A DNA stretch of 64,000 bases, taken from a virus. This document shows positions 28,283 through 36,439 of this stretch, one piece after another. A model generated the notes under the pieces. It was not told the origin of the DNA. It saw nothing but the letters and a program-made list of their open reading frames with translations, and made no database searches. Every line of letters starts with the position of its first letter. The stretch's first letter is position 1. The stretch lies in the IMG/VR virus record IMGVR_UViG_3300020215_000051, one strand, 5' to 3'. Made by a program: the position numbers and the translations under genes.

Positions 28283-29011
28283 TTAGATCCTCTTAGCTAA
28301 GCCAACTAACACAAGAACGCCGGCACCTAATCCAATTAAAGCTGCAAGACTTTCTAATAATTTGTAGTTACGATCTGTATCAGGAACTTGGTGTTTTGTT
28401 ATAATGCCTTGTACATTCACCATCACGACATTTCCGCCGCCTACCAGATAAGCAATATCATTATCATTTAGTACGCCTGCTTTTTTACATAGAGAAAACA
28501 TCTTGTGTTGTACCGCACCACTTTCTAATCCCATGGTATCGTCTTGATATGTAATTAATCCAAAGAGGTAAGACCGTGTGATAGACATGCCATGAAACAT
28601 CAAGCTAGCACCTTCTCGTAAGATAACCTTATCCGCTGCACAGGTAATTAATGCATGTGCGGAATAGGCTTCTCCTACAACATCCATAATAATCTGCTTG
28701 CCTTGCTTTCTGGCGTCTAAGATAGATTCAATAAACTTATTCGCTTCTGTTGCTAAGCCACCATAACCAGAAATCCGAAGAGTCCATTTCTTAATTGCCA
28801 TGTCTCGCATGAATGCTCCTAACTTAGTCCATATATAAACTTCATCACTCATGAAGGTGAGGGGCGTATCTAATTCAATTTCTTGTGGTATTAATTCTGC
28901 AATTGAGTTTTGTATTGAAATTTTAGCAGCTTGTGCGGGCTTCGCCGGAATTAAGAAAGTAAGGCCAATTATCACACTTATTAATATTATTATTTTAATT
29001 ATTGTTCTCAT
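28283..29011 (-). CDS. ClpP-like serine peptidase with signal peptide and C-terminal TM anchor
   Basis: ISGYGG, GEAYSAHA and LMFHG parallel ClpP INSPGG, GQAASMGA and MIHQ; N-terminus ends PAQA; hydrophobic C-terminus. Confidence 0.7.
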   Translation of the reverse strand: MRTIIKIIILISVIIGLTFLIPAKPAQAAKISIQNSIAELIPQEIELDTPLTFMSDEVYIWTKLGAFMRDMAIKKWTLRISGYGGLATEANKFIESILDARKQGKQIIMDVVGEAYSAHALITCAADKVILREGASLMFHGMSITRSYLFGLITYQDDTMGLESGAVQHKMFSLCKKAGVLNDNDIAYLVGGGNVVMVNVQGIITKHQVPDTDRNYKLLESLAALIGLGAGVLVLVGLAKRI

Positions 29012-29450
29012 TATTATTACCTTTTATTGTAGTTATTATTTTATCTATATCCGTAGGCCCTGCTATTCCTAATGACAAACTAATTGTTCTAATTGTTGGC
29101 TGTACTAGTGTTAAATTATTATTTATTAATTTGATGGGCATCTTTAATTCTAACGCTGCTATTGTTTCTGCTCTCACTCCTATTGACTTTTCCCACCCCT
29201 CTAAAACAACAATCCACAACTCCTCACACCTCGTTAAGACATTAATTGTTTCTACTTGTCTTGCTGTCCATCCTGTGTCTTGTGTCGTTCCATAAACTGT
29301 CATTAAATGTCTTTCCAACATGGGGCAGATAACATGAGTACCTTTTAGAGACACTCTAGAAGCAATCTTAGCTACCTCGACCACACGATATAGACGAACT
29401 TCAGGACTTTCATCACTATAGGGAGCAGTTAAGTGAATAAGCTTTTGCAT
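28995..29450 (-). CDS. DUF1937-like / nucleoside 2-deoxyribosyltransferase-fold protein
   Basis: LTAPYS...CEELWIVVLEGWEKSIGVRAE. Confidence 0.7.
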   Translation of the reverse strand: MQKLIHLTAPYSDESPEVRLYRVVEVAKIASRVSLKGTHVICPMLERHLMTVYGTTQDTGWTARQVETINVLTRCEELWIVVLEGWEKSIGVRAETIAALELKMPIKLINNNLTLVQPTIRTISLSLGIAGPTDIDKIITTIKGNNNENNN

Positions 29451-29869
29451 TATTTATCTTCTCGATAATGTTGGTTTGGTTTTTCCTTCATTTGCTTTAA
29501 ATGATCTTCCATGGAAACACAGTTATCATCGGCCAGTTTTCCATAAAGTCTTACAGCATCATAAATACTGGCATTAGGTCTTACTTCCATAACACAAGAC
29601 TTACTAAATGCTCTTTTATCCATCGTATATTGCATGAGACAACGACAGGCAGCATGTAAAAGAGGATGTAGACCAGAGTCATTATCCTTAAACAATCCGC
29701 TGCGATATTCCGTAATATGCCTTTTGATAGAGGCCAAGTTGGTTTCTCGTTCAAAAGCAATTCCTTGTTCCCAACCATGTGCTTCATATTTTTCTGCTCC
29801 ATTCATTAAAACTAAAACAACATCATCAAACTCTACCGGCATAAGCTCATATTTAAGTTTCTTACTCAT
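29450..29869 (-). CDS. dATP/dGTP diphosphohydrolase domain protein (DUF5664-like)
   Basis: VLMNGAEKY...W...RH...DNDSGLHPLLHAAC. Confidence 0.75.
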   Translation of the reverse strand: MSKKLKYELMPVEFDDVVLVLMNGAEKYEAHGWEQGIAFERETNLASIKRHITEYRSGLFKDNDSGLHPLLHAACRCLMQYTMDKRAFSKSCVMEVRPNASIYDAVRLYGKLADDNCVSMEDHLKQMKEKPNQHYREDK

Positions 29870-30155
29870 GCCTATCTCCCTCCAATGTTGTTAGAGAAGC
29901 TCTAAATGCTTCTACTATTTCATACCCAATTAAAGCATCTTTAAAAGTATCTTTAGATTGTTTACGAACCGTCTTGTATTGGGCCTTTAATTGATCCATA
30001 TTTAAATTCCGTCTTTCTAGAGCCATACTAAACAATGTATCTTCTATTTTCTTAGGTAGATCCAAGACTATTGTTGCTGTGCCGTCTTTATGTTCAGTAA
30101 CTTTTTCTACTTTTATTTTTTTTGATTTACTCATCTTCTTCACCTCGCAAATCAT
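29862..30155 (-). CDS. Hypothetical protein
   Basis: Tiles the operon. Confidence 0.55.
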   Translation of the reverse strand: MICEVKKMSKSKKIKVEKVTEHKDGTATIVLDLPKKIEDTLFSMALERRNLNMDQLKAQYKTVRKQSKDTFKDALIGYEIVEAFRASLTTLEGDRHE

Positions 30156-30348
30156 CTATTATTTCTTTTCCTACAATAAAAAGACCTACTATGAAATGAC
30201 ATCCTAAAATCACCAGTCCTACCGCTAAAATAATAAGTAATAAATTTAATAATAATCCTGCTAACCCTATGGTGTGATGTACTACAACCATCAACAGAAA
30301 CAGGCTCAATATGCTACATACTGTTCTTATTTTTTCTAACATAAGCAC
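30127..30348 (-). CDS. Small membrane protein
   Basis: Two hydrophobic segments. Confidence 0.5.
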   Translation of the reverse strand: MLMLEKIRTVCSILSLFLLMVVVHHTIGLAGLLLNLLLIILAVGLVILGCHFIVGLFIVGKEIIDDLRGEEDE

Positions 30349-31098
30349 CTACTTTAATAATGTTTTACTATCAACTTTACGCCCTTGAGAATAGCTACCA
30401 CACTTAACACATCGGTAACGGTGATATCCTAATCCTGTAGCAGTTATTCTAGTACCCCAACGTTGTAAGTGGTTGCTACCACAATTAGGACAATGCTCTA
30501 TATCATCATGAAAGAAGGCTCCCATATTTGGATGATCTATATAAGGCCGCATCTTGTTATAAACGCCTTCTAAAATCACCACATCATGTTTGTTGTAGGC
30601 CACCATTTCTTTTAATGCCTTTTTGTCCCCGTTTAATACAGCACGCCATAATCCTTCAGAGTGTGGTAGTTTTTTTCCTACTTCTAAATATCTAGCAATG
30701 TAATCTAGTTTATTAGATGTAAACCCAAAATTTTTCCTTGCTTCTAAATAGGTATCCACTTGTAATAGCTTTTTATCCAGCGGTGGAAGACCATGCTTTA
30801 ATATCCTTGTATTAAGCTTCTTCAAATCAAATTTCTTACCATTGTGATGAATAAGAATATCTGTATCTTCAATCATATCTCTTAATGTCTTTGTAACTTC
30901 ATAATCATCTTGCACCTCTTTCACTACAACACTATGTACTTTATCCTCCTCTAATAACTTCCAAGAACCACAGAGAATATTCCAATCCTGTATAATATTA
31001 TCTGGTGATATATAATCATTGCGGAGAGAAAATGTAGTAACAATGCTTAATGATGTCTCTACATCCCAACTTCTTATTTTTATTTTTTTATTTTTCAT
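30349..31098 (-). CDS. DnaQ/RNase H-like 3'-5' exonuclease with C-terminal Zn ribbon
   Basis: WDVET, HNGKKFD, YNKHDV; CPNC...CVKC. Confidence 0.8.
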   Translation of the reverse strand: MKNKKIKIRSWDVETSLSIVTTFSLRNDYISPDNIIQDWNILCGSWKLLEEDKVHSVVVKEVQDDYEVTKTLRDMIEDTDILIHHNGKKFDLKKLNTRILKHGLPPLDKKLLQVDTYLEARKNFGFTSNKLDYIARYLEVGKKLPHSEGLWRAVLNGDKKALKEMVAYNKHDVVILEGVYNKMRPYIDHPNMGAFFHDDIEHCPNCGSNHLQRWGTRITATGLGYHRYRCVKCGSYSQGRKVDSKTLLK

Positions 31099-31233
31099 TT
31101 ATTTTCTCGCTACATGAGGCGCAGTATCGCGGCTTTACAAGAGAATCTAATAGCAGTAATCCAACAACCCCTAACACCATTACTAACACCGTAGAGATGG
31201 CAAATATTGCTGTAAGTCCTACCCATTCTGGTG

Positions 31234-31557
31234 TCATACTAAATACCTCTTAATAAAATCTTCAAACTCTATTAATAAGAACTTCTTTCCTCTATCCTCC
31301 CTTACTACAACAGCATCTACATGCTCCGTAAATCCTAACCAATCTGGTAGTTTCTTTTTCCTTTTGCATTGAATCTTTAAAGATCTTTCGCTAGTCTTGT
31401 TAGCAGGAAGCAATACATCTACTTCTTCATGTTCTCCTAGTGCTTTCCCATTACTTCCCCAAGCCCTCTTAGCTAAGAGGGAGTATTTCTCAAACAACTT
31501 CACCACTTCCGTTTCTAGTTTGTTGCCCCTCGATTTGTTTTTTGATGGCATAATCAC
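31234..31557 (-). CDS. Holliday junction resolvase-like PD-(D/E)XK nuclease
   Basis: RGNKLETEV...VDV...IQCK. Confidence 0.75.
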   Translation of the reverse strand: MIMPSKNKSRGNKLETEVVKLFEKYSLLAKRAWGSNGKALGEHEEVDVLLPANKTSERSLKIQCKRKKKLPDWLGFTEHVDAVVVREDRGKKFLLIEFEDFIKRYLV

Positions 31558-31635
31558 GCTCTCTTAGTTCGACTTCTATCATTGTTTTCGCTTTTTCTAA
31601 GACTTCTGTTCTCATTTGAGAAATAATTTCTGTAT

Positions 31636-32433
31636 TTAAAAAGACTGAGCAGGCAATAAATGTGTTGGTGACCATTGTTCCTCCGGTTTAGTGAGAGGCC
31701 ACAACAATCTGCCTCGATTTGTTATTAACTTATAAACCTCTTCTGGCTCTATCGTTGCACTATCAAAAACTACATCATGTATTTCATAGACAACCACATC
31801 AAACATCTCCGATTCTGATGTTGCTTTATCTAACAAAGTAAAAGCATCCTTACACTTCCATCCTTTTTTAATACGGGGGATATTATCTACGGCATCTCCT
31901 GTTAAGATTTGTTTATAGAAACACCGTAACCCTTCCAACTGAGTTTGAAAGTAATGATGGCCTTTTACGAAGTTATAATGCCATCCAGGAACAATATCTA
32001 AATCCTTATCTATGGAACATATACACGTGTCACAAAATCCTGTGTCGCCTGGATGTGCAGGTAAGTGCATATTCTCATATTGAGCAATAGACAAAGCATC
32101 GTCCGCTTCTATTCCATAGACTACTTCTGCTCCAAATTGATTAACTAGAAACTCTCGAATTGCTTCATAATGCACAGGTCTACTTAGCTTCTTTCTGTTT
32201 GCTTTGTATTCTGGGTAGATTTTTAATCTAAAATTAGTGGGATCATTTGTTGCGGTAAGAAATAATTTATGTTCTGCGGTTTCCAATCGCATAAACATGT
32301 TATATATCATCATACGAGCATTGTGAATTGCATAAGACTCTGGTTCTATTTCCTTAGTGCCGTCTGGCAACCGGTGCTCACATGCAAACCCTGCTCGATA
32401 AGTAATAATATCGGCATCAATTAGTAGGCTCAT
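31636..32433 (-). CDS. 5'-3' exonuclease (T7 gp6-like)
   Basis: LIDADI, YKANR, IEADDA, SIDKDL, LTGDAVDNIP. Confidence 0.9.
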   Translation of the reverse strand: MSLLIDADIITYRAGFACEHRLPDGTKEIEPESYAIHNARMMIYNMFMRLETAEHKLFLTATNDPTNFRLKIYPEYKANRKKLSRPVHYEAIREFLVNQFGAEVVYGIEADDALSIAQYENMHLPAHPGDTGFCDTCICSIDKDLDIVPGWHYNFVKGHHYFQTQLEGLRCFYKQILTGDAVDNIPRIKKGWKCKDAFTLLDKATSESEMFDVVVYEIHDVVFDSATIEPEEVYKLITNRGRLLWPLTKPEEQWSPTHLLPAQSF

Positions 32434-33577
32434 TTAGCTGTTTCTCCACGATATCTGCTGTTATTGTTATTTTTTCGTCGTGATCGTAAGAACAAATATT
32501 ATATTGATATTTTTCTAAAATTTTGCCTACTAGATTTTGTAAAGATCTGGCTCCTGTTTTTAATGATATAGCCTTCTTAGCAATAGCTGACAAAGCTGAT
32601 TTATTAAAAACTAAATCTACACCAAACAGTTCAAATAAATATTGATACTGACTTAATAAAGAATGTTTTGATTTTGTTAAAATATCACATAACTCTTTCT
32701 CAGTTAGAGGTGAAAGCGTAGTAACTAGTGGTAACCTCCCCAATATTTCTGGTATGAATCCATAAGACGTAAGATCTTCTACTGTCACCCGTGGTACGAT
32801 ATCCTTCACAGATTCTTTCATCTTAGTTAATTTACTGCTAAACCCAATGCCACTATTTTTATTTAATCTGTTTAGTATAATTTCATCTAAACCGACGAAT
32901 GCACCTCCACAAATTACAAGTAGATTCTTTGTATCAAATAGCTCCACAGAATTTTCTTCCGTCTGATTTAGTCTTTTCCTCGGGGAACTTAATTGCACTT
33001 TACTATTTTCTAATATCTTTAAGAGTTCTTGTTGTACAGACTCTCCATTAATATCTCTTCCTGATGTATTATTAGAACTTGATCGCCTAGCCTTGTCGAA
33101 TTCATCAAGATAGAGAATTCCCACCTCCGCCATACGTTTAACATGAGTAGTAACATCCTGTTCAGAGCTTGTGTTACACCAATCACTATGATTCTCTTTA
33201 ACCCAACGCCTAGTATTTTCCACATGATTTAGCAATAAATCTTCAACGTCTTTTCCTATATATCCTCCGGATGTTGTCCCCGTCACATCTATTACAGTGA
33301 CGGGTAAATTAATAATTTCACCTAACGCTTTTATTAATGCTGTTTTTCCACATCCGGTAGGGCCTATTAGTAATACATTTGACTTAGGAGGTAGATTATC
33401 TAATTTGATCATGTTGAAATGATCTAACATTCTAAGAGTATGTTGTAGAAAAGCAGTTGCGAGAGTTTGTTTGGCTCTGTACTGTCCTATAATATACTCA
33501 TCGAGCAGGTACGCGATCTCTTTCGGATCGCGTATGCAGCTACGAGCACTACTATTTAGTATCGTTTTCGGAATCAT
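32417..33577 (-). CDS. clpX: ClpX-like AAA+ unfoldase lacking the N-terminal zinc-binding domain
   Basis: GPTGCGKT, GYIGKDVE, YLDEFDK, GESVQQELLK, IGF loop (GIGFS), TGARSL. Confidence 0.9.
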   Translation of the reverse strand: MIPKTILNSSARSCIRDPKEIAYLLDEYIIGQYRAKQTLATAFLQHTLRMLDHFNMIKLDNLPPKSNVLLIGPTGCGKTALIKALGEIINLPVTVIDVTGTTSGGYIGKDVEDLLLNHVENTRRWVKENHSDWCNTSSEQDVTTHVKRMAEVGILYLDEFDKARRSSSNNTSGRDINGESVQQELLKILENSKVQLSSPRKRLNQTEENSVELFDTKNLLVICGGAFVGLDEIILNRLNKNSGIGFSSKLTKMKESVKDIVPRVTVEDLTSYGFIPEILGRLPLVTTLSPLTEKELCDILTKSKHSLLSQYQYLFELFGVDLVFNKSALSAIAKKAISLKTGARSLQNLVGKILEKYQYNICSYDHDEKITITADIVEKQLNEPTN

Positions 33578-34070
33578 TGGCTTTGTTCTCCAAAACCTTC
33601 GGATTTAGGTATGGCTCTGTTGTGTACTTCACAATTTCTTCAGCAACCTTTAGGGCAGTCTCTAGTCCAGCTCCTTCTGGAACTAAATTAACAGCACTAG
33701 TAACCGCATTCATTCTTGCTATCGAAAGATCTTTAGCCGTTAGCCCCTGAGTAACAGATACTTTGGCGAATTTCTTAAGACGATTTATCGCAGTTTCAGC
33801 AGAAGCAGAAGAAACAACTTCTAATTTTTCTATATTATTGAACGTACCTTTCTCCGTTGTGTTTTGGTTAAATAGTATTTTGACTTCAGAACCGATAGGC
33901 GCTATTGGATCCGCTGACTTCGTCATCTTGCTAAACTTCTCACCTCCTACTACATACTCATGGCTAAAGTATTCACCAAACTTACCTTGCTTTGGGCCGT
34001 AGGCTTTAAAATCATCTACCACACCGACTGTTAATTGCATGTCTCTCACCTCGTTATTATTGTTATGCAC
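33552..34070 (-). CDS. Putative ssDNA-binding (OB-fold) protein; start probably MQLTV
   Basis: Beta-rich N-terminal part; position next to the polymerase. Confidence 0.5.
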   Translation of the reverse strand: MHNNNNEVRDMQLTVGVVDDFKAYGPKQGKFGEYFSHEYVVGGEKFSKMTKSADPIAPIGSEVKILFNQNTTEKGTFNNIEKLEVVSSASAETAINRLKKFAKVSVTQGLTAKDLSIARMNAVTSAVNLVPEGAGLETALKVAEEIVKYTTEPYLNPKVLENKANDSENDTK

Positions 34071-35490
34071 ACTCTTTCCAGCTATTACCTACTTTTACAT
34101 CTATCTTGATTGGTACAATCCAGTCATAATTAAAGTTTTGTTTTATTACCTCCTTAATAGATTCAAACCCCATTGTTGCTTGAATTAAATCTTTACATTC
34201 ATTTACGTATTCTTTTTTACAATCTAAAATAATGGAATCATGAACTGTGTTGATTATTAAGAATTTGTCTCGATGCTTAATCGCTTCTCTCCAAAACTTG
34301 CCTATCATCATAAGAACAATATCTGCTGTTGCTGTTCCTTGGATCATGTAGTTTTTCATTTTTGTGGGGCTAAAAGTCTTTTCTACTCCTTTTCGTCGCA
34401 ACCATTCAGGGGCATTCTCTGCTAGAAAATAGTATCGTCTTCCAAAGGGGCTTTTATAGTAGCCCATCTTATTTGCTCCTTCCGTTCTAGCCGTGTACTC
34501 AACCATTTCTTTAAGCTTCTGATTATATCTAGCGAGTTCTGCGTATTCTAAATCCTCGTTCTGTATTAATATTTTTATTTCTTCTACAGATAAACCAGTT
34601 TGATGAGAAATCTTTTCAGCGCCAGCACCATATGCTCGCGCAAAGCTAAAAGCTTTAATCTTGCTCCTTTTCTCAATCCACTCCGGATCTTCTTCGTGTT
34701 TGATTTTATTGAGCGCGAATGCATAACTCCCTCCCTCTTTCATAGCCAATCTTTTTATATGGAAATCTACCCCGTTAATAACGTCTGCAATGTATTTCTT
34801 ATCGCCAGATAATTGTGCTTGTACTGCTATTTCAATTTGATGGAAGTCTGCTTCGATGATTTTCCCTCCCGGATATCGAGACATAAAATGATGTTTGACA
34901 TCCGATTCAAACCCTTTAGGTTGATTTTGAATATTCGGCTTAGTACAGCTAAGTCTACCGGTGTCAGTTCCCCCTCCAGTTCCATCTCCATATCCACAAT
35001 GTGAAAATTGTGCATGGACGCAACTATCTTCCTCATAAATTAACTCCTCGGTAGAATCATAGTAGGTAGAGATTTGTTTACGTAGTTCTCTTATCTTTAA
35101 GATCTTGTCTGCTATCTTTCCTGCAATATGGTCGGAACGTTTAGCTATAGTTTTTAATACTTCTTCATTGGTGCTATAGATTCCTTTTTTCTTCGTCTCC
35201 CAAGCCGGTAGTGGTTTCAGCCCTAGCCCTTTATATTCATAATCTCTCGTCACTTTCTTAAATTTAATCTCACCAACGTGTTGCCCAGATTTGAAGATAA
35301 CAGGCGTGCCGTCTTCATTTAACACGGGTTCACTTATTGTTTCTTTCATCGTCCCACCAAACAGCAATTGAGATAGTTGTGTAGGACTGTCGGGATTAAA
35401 AGAAACTTCGTTAGCTAAAGGTGCATTTAAATCCACAACTACTCCTTGAACTAAAGACTCTGCTTTTTCTTTTAATTGAGACAGTTTCAT
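34063..35490 (-). CDS. DNA polymerase family A, polymerase-domain half
   Basis: TGRLSCTKPNIQN, motif A ADFHQIE, motif B RSKIKAFSFARAYG, motif C VHDS. Confidence 0.92.
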   Translation of the reverse strand: MKLSQLKEKAESLVQGVVVDLNAPLANEVSFNPDSPTQLSQLLFGGTMKETISEPVLNEDGTPVIFKSGQHVGEIKFKKVTRDYEYKGLGLKPLPAWETKKKGIYSTNEEVLKTIAKRSDHIAGKIADKILKIRELRKQISTYYDSTEELIYEEDSCVHAQFSHCGYGDGTGGGTDTGRLSCTKPNIQNQPKGFESDVKHHFMSRYPGGKIIEADFHQIEIAVQAQLSGDKKYIADVINGVDFHIKRLAMKEGGSYAFALNKIKHEEDPEWIEKRSKIKAFSFARAYGAGAEKISHQTGLSVEEIKILIQNEDLEYAELARYNQKLKEMVEYTARTEGANKMGYYKSPFGRRYYFLAENAPEWLRRKGVEKTFSPTKMKNYMIQGTATADIVLMMIGKFWREAIKHRDKFLIINTVHDSIILDCKKEYVNECKDLIQATMGFESIKEVIKQNFNYDWIVPIKIDVKVGNSWKECA

Positions 35491-35491
35491 T

Positions 35492-35602
35492 TTAGAATCT
35501 CTTATGGGTTGTGTAGGTAAGTACTTTCCCTGATCTTATTACTGTCCTTTCTCTTACGTTATGATTTGCTTTGCTTATGATTCTATATTTTCTTTTTTTC
35601 AT
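35492..35602 (-). CDS. Basic mini-protein (36 aa) in the polymerase gap
   Basis: MKKRKYRIISKANHNVRERTVIRSGKVLTYTTHKRF; AAGGAG upstream; stop 1 nt before the pol ATG. Confidence 0.45.
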   Translation of the reverse strand: MKKRKYRIISKANHNVRERTVIRSGKVLTYTTHKRF

Positions 35603-35747
35603 TTTTCTTCTCCTTCTTATTGATATAGTCCCCAGGATAGACCAACTCTCCTAAAATACTTTTTAATTCTTTATTAGATAAACCGACTGATTTAGCTCTT
35701 TCTAATGCTTTTATAAAAGCAGCTGCTTTATCACGTGGTATTTTCAT
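35583..35747 (-). CDS. Mini-protein (54 aa) in the polymerase gap
   Basis: GGAGGT RBS; ATGA overlap with the exonuclease-half stop; MKIPRDKAAAFIKALERAK... Confidence 0.6.
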   Translation of the reverse strand: MKIPRDKAAAFIKALERAKSVGLSNKELKSILGELVYPGDYINKKEKKNEKKKI

Positions 35748-36439
35748 ACAATACCTCCTCCCACATAAGGAGCAACTAACTGCTGTAATTCTTCCTGTGC
35801 TTGTCGCAATTCTGTCGCAATTCTGTCACGATTTTGTCGCAATAGTTGTTGATTGATATAGAATCCGTTGTATTCCATTTCTGTAGTAGCTAAGAGGGCA
35901 TCCATTTGAAGTTGAATTAGGTTATACATTCCTAATTCTTTTGCTTTGACTATTTGCTGTAGATAAACTTGTTCTGTGTCCCGAACATCGTTCAGTACAT
36001 CTTCCAATACTAACTCTTGAGGTATCTCGGAAGTATCTTTCCCTTGTTCCCAATACTTCTCCATTAATTTTTCACGTTCTTTACAACCATATTTATTTAC
36101 TGCTATGTCTCGTAAAGCGGCGTACTTATGTTGTTGTCCGGTGAGAATATACTCTGCTAATTGGGTGTCCCAAATCTTGAACTGGCGTTCGTCAAATATA
36201 TATTGCAGTCTTTCAGATTTCCATAAATGAAGTAGATCAAATTTCAAGTTATGACCCACAATAACTCTTACTGAATTAGGGACTAGTCCCATAATAAGAT
36301 TAATATCAGAAGCAATAATCCCTTTACAAATCATCGCATTTTTTAATCCCGCTGCGATGATTGGGTTATACCAGGGATTTCCTTTTCGTTTGTGGACTTC
36401 TTTAGATCCTGTCTCCAAGTCCAGAACTAGGTAAGTCAT
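35744..36439 (-). CDS. DNA polymerase family A, 3'-5' exonuclease plus start of thumb
   Basis: LDLET, GHNLKFD, WDTQL, ExoIII-like NDVRDT, MEYNGFYIN. Confidence 0.88.
   Translation of the reverse strand: MTYLVLDLETGSKEVHKRKGNPWYNPIIAAGLKNAMICKGIIASDINLIMGLVPNSVRVIVGHNLKFDLLHLWKSERLQYIFDERQFKIWDTQLAEYILTGQQHKYAALRDIAVNKYGCKEREKLMEKYWEQGKDTSEIPQELVLEDVLNDVRDTEQVYLQQIVKAKELGMYNLIQLQMDALLATTEMEYNGFYINQQLLRQNRDRIATELRQAQEELQQLVAPYVGGGIV

Noticed and set aside
29450-29869. Z-genome (2-aminoadenine) pathway
   Set aside because: No PurZ-like or HD-family dATPase ORF recognised.
35491-35743. Self-splicing intron or intein in the polymerase
   Set aside because: The gap is AT-rich without recognisable intron core elements, is tiled by two RBS-led ORFs, and has no intein motifs.
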